From Mantamonas sphyraenae STR306 (taxonomy: Eukaryota; Protista; CRuMs), in the NCBI GenBank assembly GCA_026936335.1, contig JAPMXV010000071.1, forward strand, positions 1 to 64,000: a stretch of 64,000 bases of DNA. The letters are read 5' to 3'. The notes below the pieces were generated by a model. It saw nothing but the letters and a program-made list of their open reading frames with translations, was not told where the DNA came from and made no database searches. The position numbers and the translations under genes are program-made. Of this stretch, positions 22,077 to 42,572 are shown piece by piece (the first letter of the stretch is position 1; each line of letters opens with the position of its first letter).

Positions 22077-25025
22077 ATGTTCCAAACGCCCAAGCAGGCG
22101 CCTTTGGCCAGTGGCGTGGCCAAACCCCGCTTCCAAAGCTCTCCTCGCGTCATCCAGCGCGCTGAGGACACGCCCGCCGCAGCCTCCTCCTCCAATTCCT
22201 CCTCCTCCTCCGCCTCACGCGCCCAAAGCCACGACACACGCGTTGCAGGAACCGGCGGCCTGTCAATCCAAGTCCACGCGCGCGTACGTCCCACCCTCAA
22301 CACAGAACACGAAGACCACGCCGAGTTTGCCGTCATCGGTGACGACCAACTCCTTTTCCTAGACGCGGACGACGACACACGCGACGGTGGCAACTCCGCC
22401 TCCGCCTCCTCCAACCCATCTTCACGGTGCGTGTCTCTGCAAGCCCCCTTGCCCATCCCCTCATCTTCCCTTCCCCTCCCTCCTGCCCTGCATACGACGT
22501 TGTCCGCTGGGGCCGTTACGAATCTCCCCACCGCCCAGACGTCTCACTCACCACCTCCCGTCACCTGCACCTTCCCTCACACCCTGTCTTGCTAACCACG
22601 CAGATCATCCAACCTCAAGTTTGAGGGTGTTCTCACTCACAGTGCTAGCCAACGCGATGTGTACGAGGCGGCCGTCTTGCGCATCGTCGACGCCTTTTCA
22701 AGGGGCACCAACGCCACAGTGCTGGCCATGGGGCCCAGTGGCTCCGGGAAATCCTTCACCATGCATGGGGGCGCAGGTTCGCGCGGCATGGTGGCTTACG
22801 CCGCCCAGCAGCTCTTCCAAACCCTTGACGAGAAAAAGAGCATCGACGCCAGCCTGGAATGGCACCTCAGCGTCCAGTTTATGGAGATCATCGACGAAAA
22901 CATTGCCGACCTCATTGTCACCAGCAACACGGACCTCGGTCTGACCGAGGACGACGAAATGGGCACCGTCGTCGCAGGGCTCTCGTCGCACAGTGTGTAC
23001 AGCGCCGCAGACATCATTGACGTCCTTGACAAGGGCAAATTATGCCGCACCGGCGGCGACAGCCAGGACAAAGCCACCACTGTCTTTGCCATGCAGCTGT
23101 GGCAGCGCAGCGGCAAGACCGCGTTTGTGTCCACTCTCCAGATGGTCGACATGGCTGCCACCGACGTTCTCACACAGTCCATGTCCCAAGTGCGTGCCAA
23201 GGATGCTCTGCGCATGCACAAGGGTGTGTTTGCCCTTTCCAACGTCGTGGCGCGCCTCGCCAACAGCAGCACCGCCACCGCCAGTTTCCGCCAGAGCAAG
23301 CTCACCTCACTGCTGGAACAAGCCCTCGGAGGCAACGCCATCACGAGTGTCATTCTCTGCCTGCGGAAAGACGACGGTCGCGCCTCAAAGGCCGCTGCCG
23401 AGCTCGGCGCCCGTATGCGCAAAATACGCAACTACCCACTGATGAACGACGGCACAGTCACATCCATCCTGCGCAGGTACCGCCTCACAATCCATGATCT
23501 GCGCGAGGAGTTGCTCATGGCCCAGGAGGCAGGCGGGGGCGACGGCGTACGCATCGGCGGCTCGGGCGCCCAGGACGAGATCGCTGCCCATCTCATGAAG
23601 ATCCACGAACTCGAGGGTCGCATCGTCAAAGAAAACCTGGAAAAGACGCAACTGGTAGAGGAGAAGGAGCAGATGTATCGCAAACTGCTTGAGTTACGCG
23701 ACAAGTACAACGGCCTCGTCGACGGCAAGTCGGAGCTGCGCGCAGACCTCATCAAACAGGAGGAGGAGAAACTGCGCGTCTCCAAGGCCCTGCTGGACCT
23801 GAAGATCGAAAACACGCGCCTGCAGGAGGAGCGTGAGACGGAAAAGTACGAGCTTGTGAACAAACTGCTGGCCGCAGAGAACGAGAATCTGGAATTGCAG
23901 AACCGCAGTGCGTCGGGCGAGCGCAAGCTCAAGGAACTGCGCGACCTCAACGAGGTGCTGGCACGCGAAAAGAAGGAGCTGGCCATGGAGTTTGTTGCCG
24001 TACGCGAAAACCTGCAAAATGTTCAGGAGGAGATGGAGGCCGAGCGCAACAAGAGCCAGGAACTGAGTCTGGAGCTGCTGAGCCTGGTCAATGGCCGGGA
24101 CACCATGAGCAAGGAGCTGGAACAGCTGCGCTCGCGACAGCAGGGGATTACAGGCGAAGCTGCCTCGGCCGGTGCCCAGCTTGAGCGCCTCAAGGCGCAG
24201 AACCAAGAGATGGCGCAGACGCAGGAAGCGCACAAGAAGGAGCTCGAGCAGCTGCGTGCCAAGGTGATCAAGCAACAGCTCGAGCGCGAGCAGCTGTTGG
24301 TCCAGTTTGAAAGTCTCAAGGTGGAAATGGAGCAGCGTGTGGTCGACAACATGCGCGCCAAAGAGCAGGAAGTCGTGGAAGCACGCCAAGGGGTACAACA
24401 GGAGCTGCGCAATGCCATCAAGCGAGCAGAAGCCAGCGAGCAGAACGAGCGCCAGATGGAGCGACAGCTGCTGGAGATTCGCAACGAGCTGCAGCGGCGC
24501 CAGGACAAGACCGAGGCGTTGGAAGACCAGGTGCGTGCCTTGCAAGACGACGTAGCCGAGGCACAAAACAAGGTCGAAGGTGCAAAGAGCACGAAAAAGT
24601 CGCAAAAGGGCGCCGACCGCGAACGCATCCGCAGACTCCAAGATCGCGTGGAGCAGCTGCAAACAGAAAACGCCCAGCTGCAACAACGCTCCTATGTCGA
24701 CAAGTACGGTAGCAACAGCGGCAACGCAGACTCCAAGCTCGTGGCACAGCTGCGCACACAGATCACCCAACTCGAACGCCAGCTTGAAGGGAACGGCGAC
24801 TCCCTCAGCATGCAATTCCGTGCCTTTACCAAGGAAACTCAGGAAGACCTCGAACGTGAGCGCAGCGAACTGCTTGCCCGTGCCACCATGGCCGAGGAGC
24901 AAGTCGAACAGCTCCAGGCGCAGCTGCGCAAGATGGCCGGCAGATATCAACGAGAGATCATGCGTCTACGCAAGGAGTTGGTCAAGATGGAGCGTCGCGT
25001 GGACGGTGGAGGCAGCAGTGGTTAG
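22077..25025 (+). CDS. CCDC78: Degenerate kinesin motor domain fused to CCDC78-like coiled coil; intron 22427..22603
   Basis: GPSGSGKSFTM, FRQSKLTSLLEQALGGN; EEKLRVSKALLDLKIEN..EKYEL (DUF4472-like); TQEDLERERSELLARATMAEEQ..RYQREIMRLRK. Confidence 0.75.
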
Positions 25026-25081
25026 CCAATGAAGAAAGCGTCTCTCGCCCAGCCGCTCACGCCACCGCCGTGGATTTCCCA

Positions 25082-28865
<3,784 letters not shown>

Positions 28866-29194
28866 TGCCGTCAAGAAGCGCGACGGCACATTTCGTTCGT
28901 TTCCTCCAGCTCCCCTCTCTCCGCCCTTTCTGCCGCCCGCACACGTGCGCTGACACGCCCCTGCCGCCTCCCTCCTGTCCGCCACCCGCCTGTCACTTTG
29001 TTTCAGAACCCATTGAGCTTCGCCAACATCCCGTCGACGCTGCCTTGGCCCTTCCAAACACACAATCATCAACCCAGCCCGACACAGACTCGTCTTCTGC
29101 CTCCTCAGGCACCCAATGAACACATGCACACTCACGACCGATGATTTCTGCGTCCAACACACACTTTGCTTTCTCTTTCATTCCATCAACTTCC

Positions 29195-32080
29195 TTACTC
29201 CTCGTTGTATGCCGCGTTGAACACCATGCTCAACTCCTGCTCCACATTGGCGTACCCAAACCTGTACAGCCGCACAAGAAACACAAACCGCTTTGCCTGC
29301 ACACGGTTAAACACCAGACTGACGACCTCTTCCAGCACCTCGCGGTTTGCACGTCCCAGCACCTTGGCCTCGTTTTCCTCCTCCTCCACCTCTTCTTCCT
29401 CATCGTTGCGTCCACGCTTCCTTCCCTTGCTCTTGGCCCTGCTTGAGCCCTTGCCCTTGCCCTTGCCCTTGCCACCGTTCTCCTCCTGCGCCGCTGCCGC
29501 CTTGCCGGCCGCCATCACGGACGCCCGCTCCACGCTCGTCTCGTACAACTCGTACACAGCCTTTTCGTCTGCCTCGCTCACCGTGTTGGCTGGAAACAGA
29601 GCCAGCAGGTCTTCGATGGCGTTCAAAAGGGGGGGCAGACTCGTGTTGCGGACCAGATTCAGCTGCAGTTCCGTGTCCAACGTGTTGATCTGGTTCAACC
29701 CTGCAATCCCCACATCCAGCACTGCATGCGTGCCCAGCCCGTCCAATCCCTCCTCATCTCTCTCTTCTCCACGGCTTGTTCGTGCTCGCTTCCGCTCCGG
29801 ATGATGGTCTGCCCGGTTCAGCACCAGCCGCGACGTCGACGAAACCTGCATAAACGCAACCACACCTTGCACGCACGCCTCCACTTTCTCCTGCACCTTG
29901 AGCGTCTGCACCCTGCGCAACACGTCACTCATGGCCATCAGCGGCACCTTGGGAAACGTGCGTTGGAACGTGGACAGCGACGGTGCACTCAGAAACAGCG
30001 TTCGGTGCTGTCCATGAAACTGCATCGAGTTCAACGACTGTCGCACACGCGACGAGCTCCCGCCCTTCCCGTCCTTGGCTGCCCAGTCCTGCAAGTTCTC
30101 CACCATCTCCACCATCGGCAGCTCCTCGCCGCGGAACATCTGTGTCTCGTGAGTGCTCTGGATGTACACTCGCCTCGTTCGCGACCGGTCGTCAAACTCG
30201 CTGATCAGTTGCATGTTCGACAGCATCACCACGTCGCCCTCGCTCACTTTCGTGAAAGCCTCAGGCTGCGAGTTGGTGTACACGTGCGCACGGATCCCTT
30301 CGGCGCTGTGTTGGTCCTCCAGCAGCAGCCAACGCGATTGCGCATAGCTTCCCGTGCTCATTCGCTCCCGCTCAGACGCCCACGCCGCGCGCACTCGCCC
30401 CACAAAGTCAAACTCGCACAGATTCGGTGCAAAGAGCAGCTCTTCCACGTTCAGAAACGTAAACGACACGTCTGGCAGACCCAGCTCCTCCTCCAGCTCC
30501 TCCGACACGCCCCTGATTTCTCCCCGCGGATGCGTCGAGTTGACCCCGATTTCCAACTCTCCAGCCTGGCCCTGGTACCGGTCGCTCACTTTGTACCCTG
30601 TGATATGTACCACATGACCCACCTGCACCGCCCCAAAGTATTTCATGCATGCTGCGTTCCACACCACAACCGATGTCGGTCCCGTCTCTCGGTCCACTGC
30701 CCTCGTGCCATCCATCCCGAGTTAGCGCACCCTGGCTCCTGCTCTCCTCTTACTCCTCCTCCTCCCACACAACTTACCAATCTTAAACTCAAACTGGTAC
30801 GGGATCAGCCGCGTGTTCGTGTCCATCACCTTGGCTGTGTGCTTCAGCCGCGACTTGCTCACCACGCGTCCCACAATCGCAGGTCCTCCTCCATTTGCAA
30901 ATTCACCGTACTTCTTCGTCCCCTTGCTCCGTGCTGCTGCACGTGCCTGCACAAAGTCGTCCAGGATCGTCTGGATCGACTTTGGCTTTTCCAGTTCCGT
31001 CACAACTTCTCCACGCTCCCATTTGCTCCCAAACGGACAGTCATCGTTGAACAGAGGTACATAGTAACGTCGACGCCCAATCAGAGGCACATCGTACGAG
31101 TCGTTGTCAAACAGCAGCTCCAGCTGCAGACCGACGCCCACACCAGAGAGGTCAGCACAAGGTCTTTCGCACTTCTCCCTTCCCCTTCCCTCCCCTCCCT
31201 TCCCGCCACCCATACTCACCTCCCCCTTCTTTGAAATGATATCTTCGTGGCTCAGCTCAACCAGCTCCACGTCGGTGATCACAGAGCAGCCTTCGTGGCC
31301 AACCACTTTTTCGTCAAAGCGCATCACGTGTCCGTTGATCTACGTGCAGAGCCCATGCGTCAGCCTCCCTCCACCCTCCACTCTCCTCCTGCGTCCCCCT
31401 CCTCCCCCCCCCCCCCCGCCCCACTCACCTGAATCACAGAAGACGGTTGTAGCTCGCCCGTGTGCACCATGTTGTTCAACACAGGCAGCAACACGCACTT
31501 GGTCTGCCATTCACACCCAACATGTCAGCCGCGCAATGTACACAACACCCGATACCGCCCACTTCTCCCCTTCCCACTCCTCCTCACCTGGTGATGTCCG
31601 TCGCTCACGACCAGATCAAACAAGTCTTGGTCGTCCGAACGTGCCCATTCCTCCGTGTCCAGCATGCCTTCAAACATCACAGCACAGTCCTTGTCTCTCA
31701 CATCTGCACGCCGCAACACAGCACACACCCGCGCCGCCCATACAGCCCGCGCCCAGCACTCGCACGTCAGCCATCAACTTGGCGCCAAAAAAGCACCTCC
31801 CCGCCACAACCGCCCTCAACCTACATCGCAGAATGTCCAGCACCTGCAGCGTCAGGTGCTGCGCATACGTGTCTTGTTCTCCATACAAATGGCGCACTCC
31901 AGACTTGGTCAGCATGCCCACACCACTGCTGGAGCTGCTGCTCGAGCTGCTGCTGCTCGAGCTCCCCGTGCTCGCTTGTGACAGGCCCTGTGACCGTTCC
32001 ACCACCTCCTCCCCGTCTTGGCTTGCGCCACTCTTTCGAGCCGCCGCCTTGCGTTGTCGTGTCCTCGACTTGCTTGGCAT
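29195..32080 (-). CDS. RADX: RADX-like (RPA-related) OB-fold ssDNA-binding protein, 6 exons
   Basis: DLVVSDGHHQ|TKCVL.P.LN, PLIGRRRYYVPLFNDDCPFG..W, GRVVSKSRLKH..PYQ, VVVWNAAC, RWLLLED..YTNSQPE match recalled RADX motifs in order; five GT-AG introns with branch sites. Confidence 0.75.
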
Positions 32081-32173
32081 CCTCCCTCACCGTACGCTTT
32101 CAGTGAAAAACTTGGCCCGCCTCACGCGGCCCGCCAAACCAAACCGCCCCCTTCCCAACAAGCCTTGGCCACC

Positions 32174-35100
32174 ATGCGTACAAACTCCTTTGCCCGCATG
32201 CGCGACGAGGAAGAAGAGGACGCAGACAATGTGCCTCTTCGCAACACCCACACCCTCGCCGCTGCAAAGGGCCCTCTGCACGAGGACAATCTCCGCACCG
32301 TGCCCCTCGACGACGAAGACCTCGACGCAGGCCTTGATGATGTCGCTGTCCAGATGGACGACGAAGACCACGCCAAAGACGGTCCCTCTGGTGGCATGCG
32401 CGACGGCGGTTCTTCCTTTGCATCCCAGGCCAGCCTCAGCCAGGCCGCAAGGTGCGTCTTTCAATCCCTGCCCCCTCCCATTCTTCCCGCCGCCCTCTTT
32501 CACACCCCGTACTCTGACCCACTCGTCCAACACCTCCCCAATCCCCATTCTACAGCTATGTAGAGTCCAACCCGCGCCGCTCCATCATTGCCCTGGTCTC
32601 TGTCGCCGTCTTTATGGCCGTCGTCATGGTCGTGGTCCTCATCGCCATCAACGCCCCCGCCCGTGCCACAGGCGCCCTTCCTAACCCCACCCCTACGCCA
32701 ACCCCTTCTATTCCGCCTCGTCTTTCCCGGGATGTCATTCCGTCCCTCTACACAATCGAGTTGACCCCAGACCTTTCCACGTTTACCTTTACCGGCCAAT
32801 CGTCCATCATGGTCCAAGTCACCACCCAAACCTCCTACATCCGTCTCAACGCCGCTGAACTGACCATCACCGCAGCCGACGTCGTCGGCCGAGACCCGTC
32901 CAGCGTCCAGATGCTCCCGGACCAGGAACTGATTCAGATCAACTTTGCCCAACCCCTCCAACCCGGCGAGTACCAGCTCGACTTTGCATTTACCGGCACC
33001 CTCAACGACCGTCTCCTTGGCTTCTACCGCAGCTCCTTTGACTACCAGGGCACCAAGCACTGGATCGCCAGCACCCAGTTTGAGAGTTCCGACGCACGAC
33101 GCGCTTTCCCTTGCTTTGATGAGCCCGACTTTAAGGCCAACTTTAGCATTGCACTCGTGGTCGACCCGTCCCTCACAGCCATCTCCAACATGCCTGAGCT
33201 CTCGCGTACCACCGTCGGCTCAAAGGTCCGTGTCCAATTCCAGACCAGCGTGCGCATGAGCACCTACCTCGTCGCCTTTATCATCGGTCCCTTTGATTAC
33301 GTCGAAAAACAGAGCGGCAACACGCGTGTGCGCGTCTACGCCACACGCGTCTCCGGCCAGCCCACACGTGCCCCGGAGCTCCAGTTTGCCCTCGACACCG
33401 CCGTCGGCGTCCTCCAGGTCTTCAACTCCTACCTCGACTTTGACTACGCCCTGCCCAAGGCCGACCTCGTCGCCATCCCTGACTTTGCTGCCGGTGCCAT
33501 GGAAAACTGGGGCTGCATCACCTTTCGCGAAACCGGCCTCCTCGTCGACAACTCCAGCTCTCTGTCCACCAAGCAGTATGTCGCCGCAGTCGTTGCCCAC
33601 GAGCTTGCACACCAGTGGTTTGGCAACCTCGTCACCATGCGCTGGTGGAGCGATCTCTGGCTCAACGAGGGCTTCGCCACCTACTTTGAATATCTCGGCG
33701 TCGACGGCGTTTACCCCAAATGGGACTATTGGGGGCACTTTGTCGAGTCCGACATGAACAGCGCCCTCTCCCTGGACGCCAAGAGCTCGTCCCACCCGCT
33801 CTCGGTTGCTCACCTTGAGCCCACAGCCATTGAGGAGATGTTTGACAGCATCTCGTACAGCAAAGGTGGCACTTTGTTGCGCATGATTCGATCCTACCTC
33901 GACCAGCAGAACGGGGCAAACACCTTTCGCAACGCCATCCGTGACTACCTCAAACGCTACGCCTACGGCAACGCAGACAGCAGGGACCTGCTCAACTCCC
34001 TGCAAACCTCCACAGGCCTGCCCACCCTCGCCGAAGACTTGTCTTCCTGGACCACGCGTGCCGGATATCCCGTCATCACGCTCGCCGCAAACGGCAACAA
34101 TGGCGCCTTTACCGCTACCCAGTCGCGCTTCTTTTACGCAAAGGCTGACGCAGACGCGTACACGGGACCCAACACATGGTGGGTGCCCTTTACGTACAAA
34201 CTGGCCGACGGCAGCACATCGCTGGAGCCCTTCAAGGACGCCACGGCTACCTCCACCAAGGCGTTTACCACAAACATGGTGGCCAACGTCAACCGCACTG
34301 GACTCTACCGTGTCAACTACCCAACCGCCACGTGGTCAGCTTTGCGTGTGCTGGTGGCCCAGCAGAGTCTGCTGAGTGAGCGCGACCGAGCGGGGCTCAT
34401 CAACGATGCGTTCAATCTTCTGCACGCCGAGCTGCTGGGCGTGGTCCACGCAGCCGCCTTGCTGCCTGCCGTGGCAAATGACACGTCGTACGCAGTCATG
34501 CGTACGGCCGTGAGCGCCAGTAGCAGCCTGCAGCTGCTGATGAGCGACACCTCGTGCTTTGCTCGCTTCCAAGCGATGGTGCGCAGTATGGTGGGTCCCT
34601 CGGTGACACGCCTGGGCTGGACACCCGTGACCAACGAGCATGCCGACGACACTCTCATGCGCGCTCTCGTCTTGAGCACAGCAAGCAGCTACAACAACAA
34701 TGCCGTCGTCACCGAGGCTCGCAACCGATACGACGCGTTTGTGGCCAACGAAACGGGCAACAACATTCCGGGTGATCAACGTGACCTCGTGTACAGATCG
34801 GTGGTGCAACATGGTGGCCAAACCTACTTTGATAGCATGAAGAACCGCTACGAGACACAGACGTTCCCGGAGGAGAAGCGTCGCTGCCTGTATGCGTTGA
34901 CTCAGGCTTCGCAAACGTCCATCCTCACCTCGCTGCTCGACTATGCAATCAACGCCAGCAATGTGCGCACACAGGACACCGTGCGAGTCATCTCCATGGT
35001 GGCCGCCAACCCAGCCGGTACAGAAGCCGCCTGGACGTTCTTCAAGGCCCAATGGCCCGAGCTCAACCGCAGGTACGGCGGCGGAGGCTTTGCCATCGAC

Positions 35101-35298
35101 ACCCTTGTCACGTCGGTGACCTCACACTTTGCCACTCAGAGCAAGCTGGACGAGGTCGAGGCCTGGTTCCGCGCAAACCCCGTGCCCACCGCACAGAGGA
35201 GCGTGTCTCTGGCCTCGGAAAACATCAAGGCCAACATGCGATGGCTGAGTGTCAATGCCACGCCCATGTGCACGTGGCTGCAGAATGAAGGGTTTTGA
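32174..35298 (+). CDS. M1-family zinc aminopeptidase, type II membrane, acidic cytosolic tail; intron 32452..32555
   Basis: ARRAFPCFDEP, GAMENWG, HELAH-x18-E (LWLNEGF), YSKG; single TM IIALVSVAVFMAVVMVVVLIAI. Confidence 0.95.
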
Positions 35299-37904
35299 AT
35301 TGTTGCAGCTCTGATCCCTCTCCGCCCACAATCCGCCAGTCCGCCCAACACCGCCACTCCGCCATGTCGACCACAGACCAGCCTGCTGACAAGGCCCAGG
35401 AGTTGGAAGAACCGGTGCGGCAGGAAGAGGACCAAGATGAGAAAGTGGACGACGTGGAGGAGACTCTGGACGAGGACGAGGACGGCGTGCGTGCAGAGAG
35501 GCCGCGGCGCAAGGCGTCCGAGGCTGTGCGTGCGCTGAAGGAGGAGCTGGACGAGGTCCAGGACGGCGAAGGACACTCATTGGCCAAGATTGTGCACGAG
35601 GGCAGGCTTGTGAAACGTGCCCATGCGATGGACGAAGGCGAGGCGTTTCACTTTATCCTGCGCCAAGACTCACTGCAGTGGTTCTATCCCGAGGCAGAGG
35701 ACTCGCAGGAGGAAGAGGAGGGCGAGTCATCCTCTGGCGACGACCAAGTGCGCTTTGTGGACATGATTGCGCTGGACAACATCCGCGTATCCATCTACTG
35801 CGGCCATGCAGTGAAGAGCAAGAAGAAGAACGTCACCTTGCCCGAGTTTGCCTTTGTCGTGGCCCGTCGCCACAACGACCCCATGATTCTCGAGTGTGCT
35901 GACCAGGAGATGCTCATCGACTGGGTGGACAAGATTACCTCCATTCCCGAAGGCGTATCGGTACGTCCCTTGCCGCGTGCGCTCGCCGCCGAGCTCTCAC
36001 CCCGCTTGAGAAACCCTCCCGGTTTTGGCCCACCGCTCCGTCGTACTCACTCGCACGCACATGCACGCGCACACTCCTGCAGTATATTCCCATGACCACA
36101 GCCGTACTCACTGCGCCCGACCGATCGGGCCACCTGTCCAAGCACACAGCCAAGTCGCGCAAGGGAGCGGAAAAGATGTGGGCGGTGCTCAAAGGCACCG
36201 ATCTCTTCTTCTTTGAAGCCAAGGGGGTGAGTTGCCACACGACCGTTGCCCGCCACGCCGTGTGCACACAGGCTCGTTTTGCACTCCCGTGCCACATCGC
36301 TTACGCATCGACTGACACTTCACGTGTGCGTTTGCGCCCCAGGACACCATTCCCAAGAGTCACATTCCGCTGCTCGAGTGCTACATCTACATACCGGAGT
36401 TGACGAGCAGCACGAAGCAGCCCTTCTTCTCGGTTATCATCAAGGAGACGCAGAAAACCATCACGCTGACGTGCAGCTCCAAGAAGGAGTTTGTCAAGTG
36501 GAAAGAGGTGGTCATGGAGAACACCACCCGCGCCGTGTTTGAGCGCAAAAAGGCCAGAGAGATCCAGCAAACGCAGCAGGAGTACGGAGAAAGTGAGGGC
36601 AATTCGTCCACAGGCAGTGGATCGTCCTCCTCGTCTTCCTCTTCCTCCTCTTCCGTTGGCCGCAAGCTGTTCCGGCGCAGCATGAGCAAACGGTCGCGTA
36701 GCATCAACCACCTGGACTCGTACGCAAAAACCGTGGGCGAACGCATGTCGCTGTCGCTCGACAGGTCGGGTGCGCGCTCGCTGACACACGATTCCGACAG
36801 CGACGACGAGAGTGATTCGCCGCGTGGCCATCGCTCGTCCACAGAGGTGGTGGGTGTGCAAACTGACGAGGATGGCCTGACAACAGTCAACTTGGGCAAC
36901 GGACTGGTCATTCAGGGCTACCGCAAGAACATGGCGTCCATCTACAGCGACATCGACTCGATGCGCGACATCCTGTCGACGTCGTTCACACGCATGCTGC
37001 GCATGTCGTCTTCGCTGCCTCGCCGACGCCGCCAAAAGATCATGGCAGTGCTTGAGGGTCTTGTCAAGCAGCTTGAAGAGCTGGAAGAGAGCGAGCCCGA
37101 AACGGTGGAGGGCAAGCTGGGAAACGCAGACAGTTTCCTGATGCCCTACATTCTGGCGCTCGAGTCGAGCAACGTGGAGATGGCCGCACTGAGTATGAAT
37201 GCGCTCTACCAGCTCCTGTCTGGCGAACACGTGGTGGGCGCCATGTCCATGGCCGAAATGGGCTTTGAGGAGGAAGAGCGCAACGACGGCAACCTGACTG
37301 TGGTCGAGGTGCTTGTGCGCTCGCTGTGCGGCTGTGTGAGCATGCGCACACCCGATGCACGTCGCGCACTGGCCAAGGTGATGTACGCCGCGGTCAAGTC
37401 CAAGAATTGCGAGGTGCACGGCAACAGTCTGCGCCGCATCCTCGTCGCCTTCTTTGATCTCTTTGAGCCTGGACAGAACGCCAAGGTCAGCATTGCACTG
37501 GAAGCCAGCATGGGTAACACAGTGCGCTGGCTCATGGACACGATGGAAATCCACATGCGCGACATGGAGCAGGGCGTCGTCGAGGAAGAAGACCTCGTCG
37601 AAACGCTGACTCTTGATGAGCGCGTGGCAAACGCAAGCGGCACATGGCGCTCCGACTCGGACGTGGAAGATATGGAAACCGAGCGACCAAAGTCGAGCGA
37701 GGACGGCGCAGGCGCAACGAGTGAGGCAGTCGATGTACAAACGGTGACTGTGGAAGTAACGGCAGAGGCTGGTGACAACGACGGCGATGCTGAAGAGGAT
37801 GCGCAGGTGCAAGAAGAAGAGGAAGAGGCCAGCGCGGACGTGGAAAAGGAGCACGAGTCCGATGGGGCAGAGGACAACACCGCCGCAAGTGAGCCAGCGA
37901 TGAC

Positions 37905-37944
<40 letters not shown>

Positions 37945-40069
37945 GGATCCCATGAAGCAGAACCAGATCTGAAGCAGGGTTTGGAGCACGTCAAGTATCG
38001 CAACACGGCTCACCGGGACAGCCTGTGGATGTTCAACACCCTGTGCGATGCGCTCACCGACAAGGTTGTTCTGGACGGCCAACGCTTGAAGCTGAGCACG
38101 CCACGCAAAGATCTTTGCCCTGAGTGTGATGATCAAGGTGTTCAAGAACGCAGGGCCCGCCTTTGTACACGATCCGATTGTGATTGAATTGATCCGCGTC
38201 AAGGTGATTCCGGCGCTGCTGGAACTGTTCTTCACGAGCAACACCAAGACGTGCGTGGAGCTGTTCAACGCCATCCTGCAGCACTTTGCGCGTTGGCTCA
38301 AGGTGGAGATGGAGGCGTTGTTTGAGGGTGTGCTCTTCAAGTTTCTGGCTGTGCACACAGAGACGTCGTACCAGGACAACCTGTCGATTTTGCGCGAGCT
38401 GTTCCAGCCGATTTGCAACGACGGCCAAATGCTGGTGGATCTGTTTGTGAACTTTGACAGCGTAATCGAGAGGCCCAGCCTGCTTCTGGACTTGATGGAG
38501 CAGCTGAGCAACACGGCGCGCACGGCGCCGCTGAGCGGGTTTGAGCCGCCGCTGTGCGATGTGGCTCTGAACTGTGTGGTGGACATGGTGCAGTCGCTGA
38601 TCACGTGGCATGGCAACAACCGCATGCACACGGGCGCAAGCAGTAGCCAGGAGGTATCCAGCATGGGTGCGTTGACGCCACTGCTTTTGCTGGAGGGCGA
38701 CAACCGAAGGCGGTACGTGCGCCTCACATACGCTGGCTTCCACGAGGGTCGCTTTGCCGAGAAGGACGAGGAAGACTTTGCAAAGCTGGAGGAGCAAGAG
38801 CGCAGGCGCAAGGCACGCAAAGAGGCTGCATCGGCGGCTGCGGCGGACGCAACCGCCAAAAGCAGTGGAGACGCCAAGGACGGCGAGGATGCCGCACAAG
38901 AACCGACGCAAGAGGAGCAGGCAGACCGCAATGAGGAGGCTACAGACCCGGCAGAAAGCGACAGTGGAAGGATGAACCAGGAAGGCGAGGACAACCCTGA
39001 GGACACAGAGGGCAGCAAGGATGGCGGCAAAAAAGTTGCACGCGTATACGAGTTCAACGGAGAGGAGGTGGAGGCTCTGGAAAGTGTGGAAGGGCCCGTG
39101 GAAGTGGATCTGGAGCGGATCTTGTCCGTGAAGAACAAGGTGGACGAGGCGGTGTCTGTGTTCAACACGCGTGGGTGGAAGAAAGGTGTGGAGTACATGC
39201 AGAAGAGAGTGTTAAAGTCGGACGACGTGTTTGAGCTCGCGCTGATGCTGCGGTTTGCAAACGGAGTGGACAAGTCGGAAAAGGGCGAATTTCTGAGCAA
39301 GCGCAAACGGTTGAACCTCGCGGTGCTGCGCGTGTACCCGTGGCTGCACGACTTTCACGACCTGACACTGGACGAGGCGTTGCGTGTGTTTCTGCAGACG
39401 TTCAACATGGCGGGCGAGGGCCAGGTGGTGGACCGGACGATGGAGTCGTTTGCGTACAAGTACCACCACGACAACCCGGACATGTTTGCGACCGAAGACC
39501 ACGTGTTTGTGATGGCCTACTCATTGATGATGCTCAACACCAGCCTTCACAACGCCAACGCGGGGAGAAGATGACGTTTGCGGCGTGGATGTCGATGAAC
39601 GCAGGCATCGAGGGCGAAGCGGTGCCGGAGGACTTGCAACAGGAGCTGTACAATAACATCGCGAAGCACCCCATGGTGTTCCTGGAGAGCGCCGACGCCG
39701 GCGGGAGCTCAAAGCTAAATGTGCGTGAGATGAGCTCGAAGCTGGTGAGGAACACCACCAAACAGCTGGAGGCGTTGCGTGCGGAGCGGTATGCACATGC
39801 CACCGAGTACCGCAGGGTGCTTGACGTCTCTGTGCTTGCACAGCTGTGGGAAAAGGTGTGGCCCAGCGTTTTTGCGACGCTCAGCCACGCCATGGAGGAG
39901 GACAAGAAGGAGGTGGACACTCTGATGACAGCAGTCAATGCGTTTCAGGACTCGCTGCTACTGTGCTACCTGTGCCAGTCGCCCGTGGCCCTGGATGTCT
40001 TTCTTACTGAATTGGCCAAGTATCGACGCAACGGCGACTCGGGCCACGGTCTTGGCAAGCTCAAACACC

Positions 40070-42572
<2,503 letters not shown>

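Noticed and set aside
36301-39306. 1001-aa minus-strand ORF
   Set aside because: Antisense shadow of the ArfGEF in GC-rich DNA; no motifs
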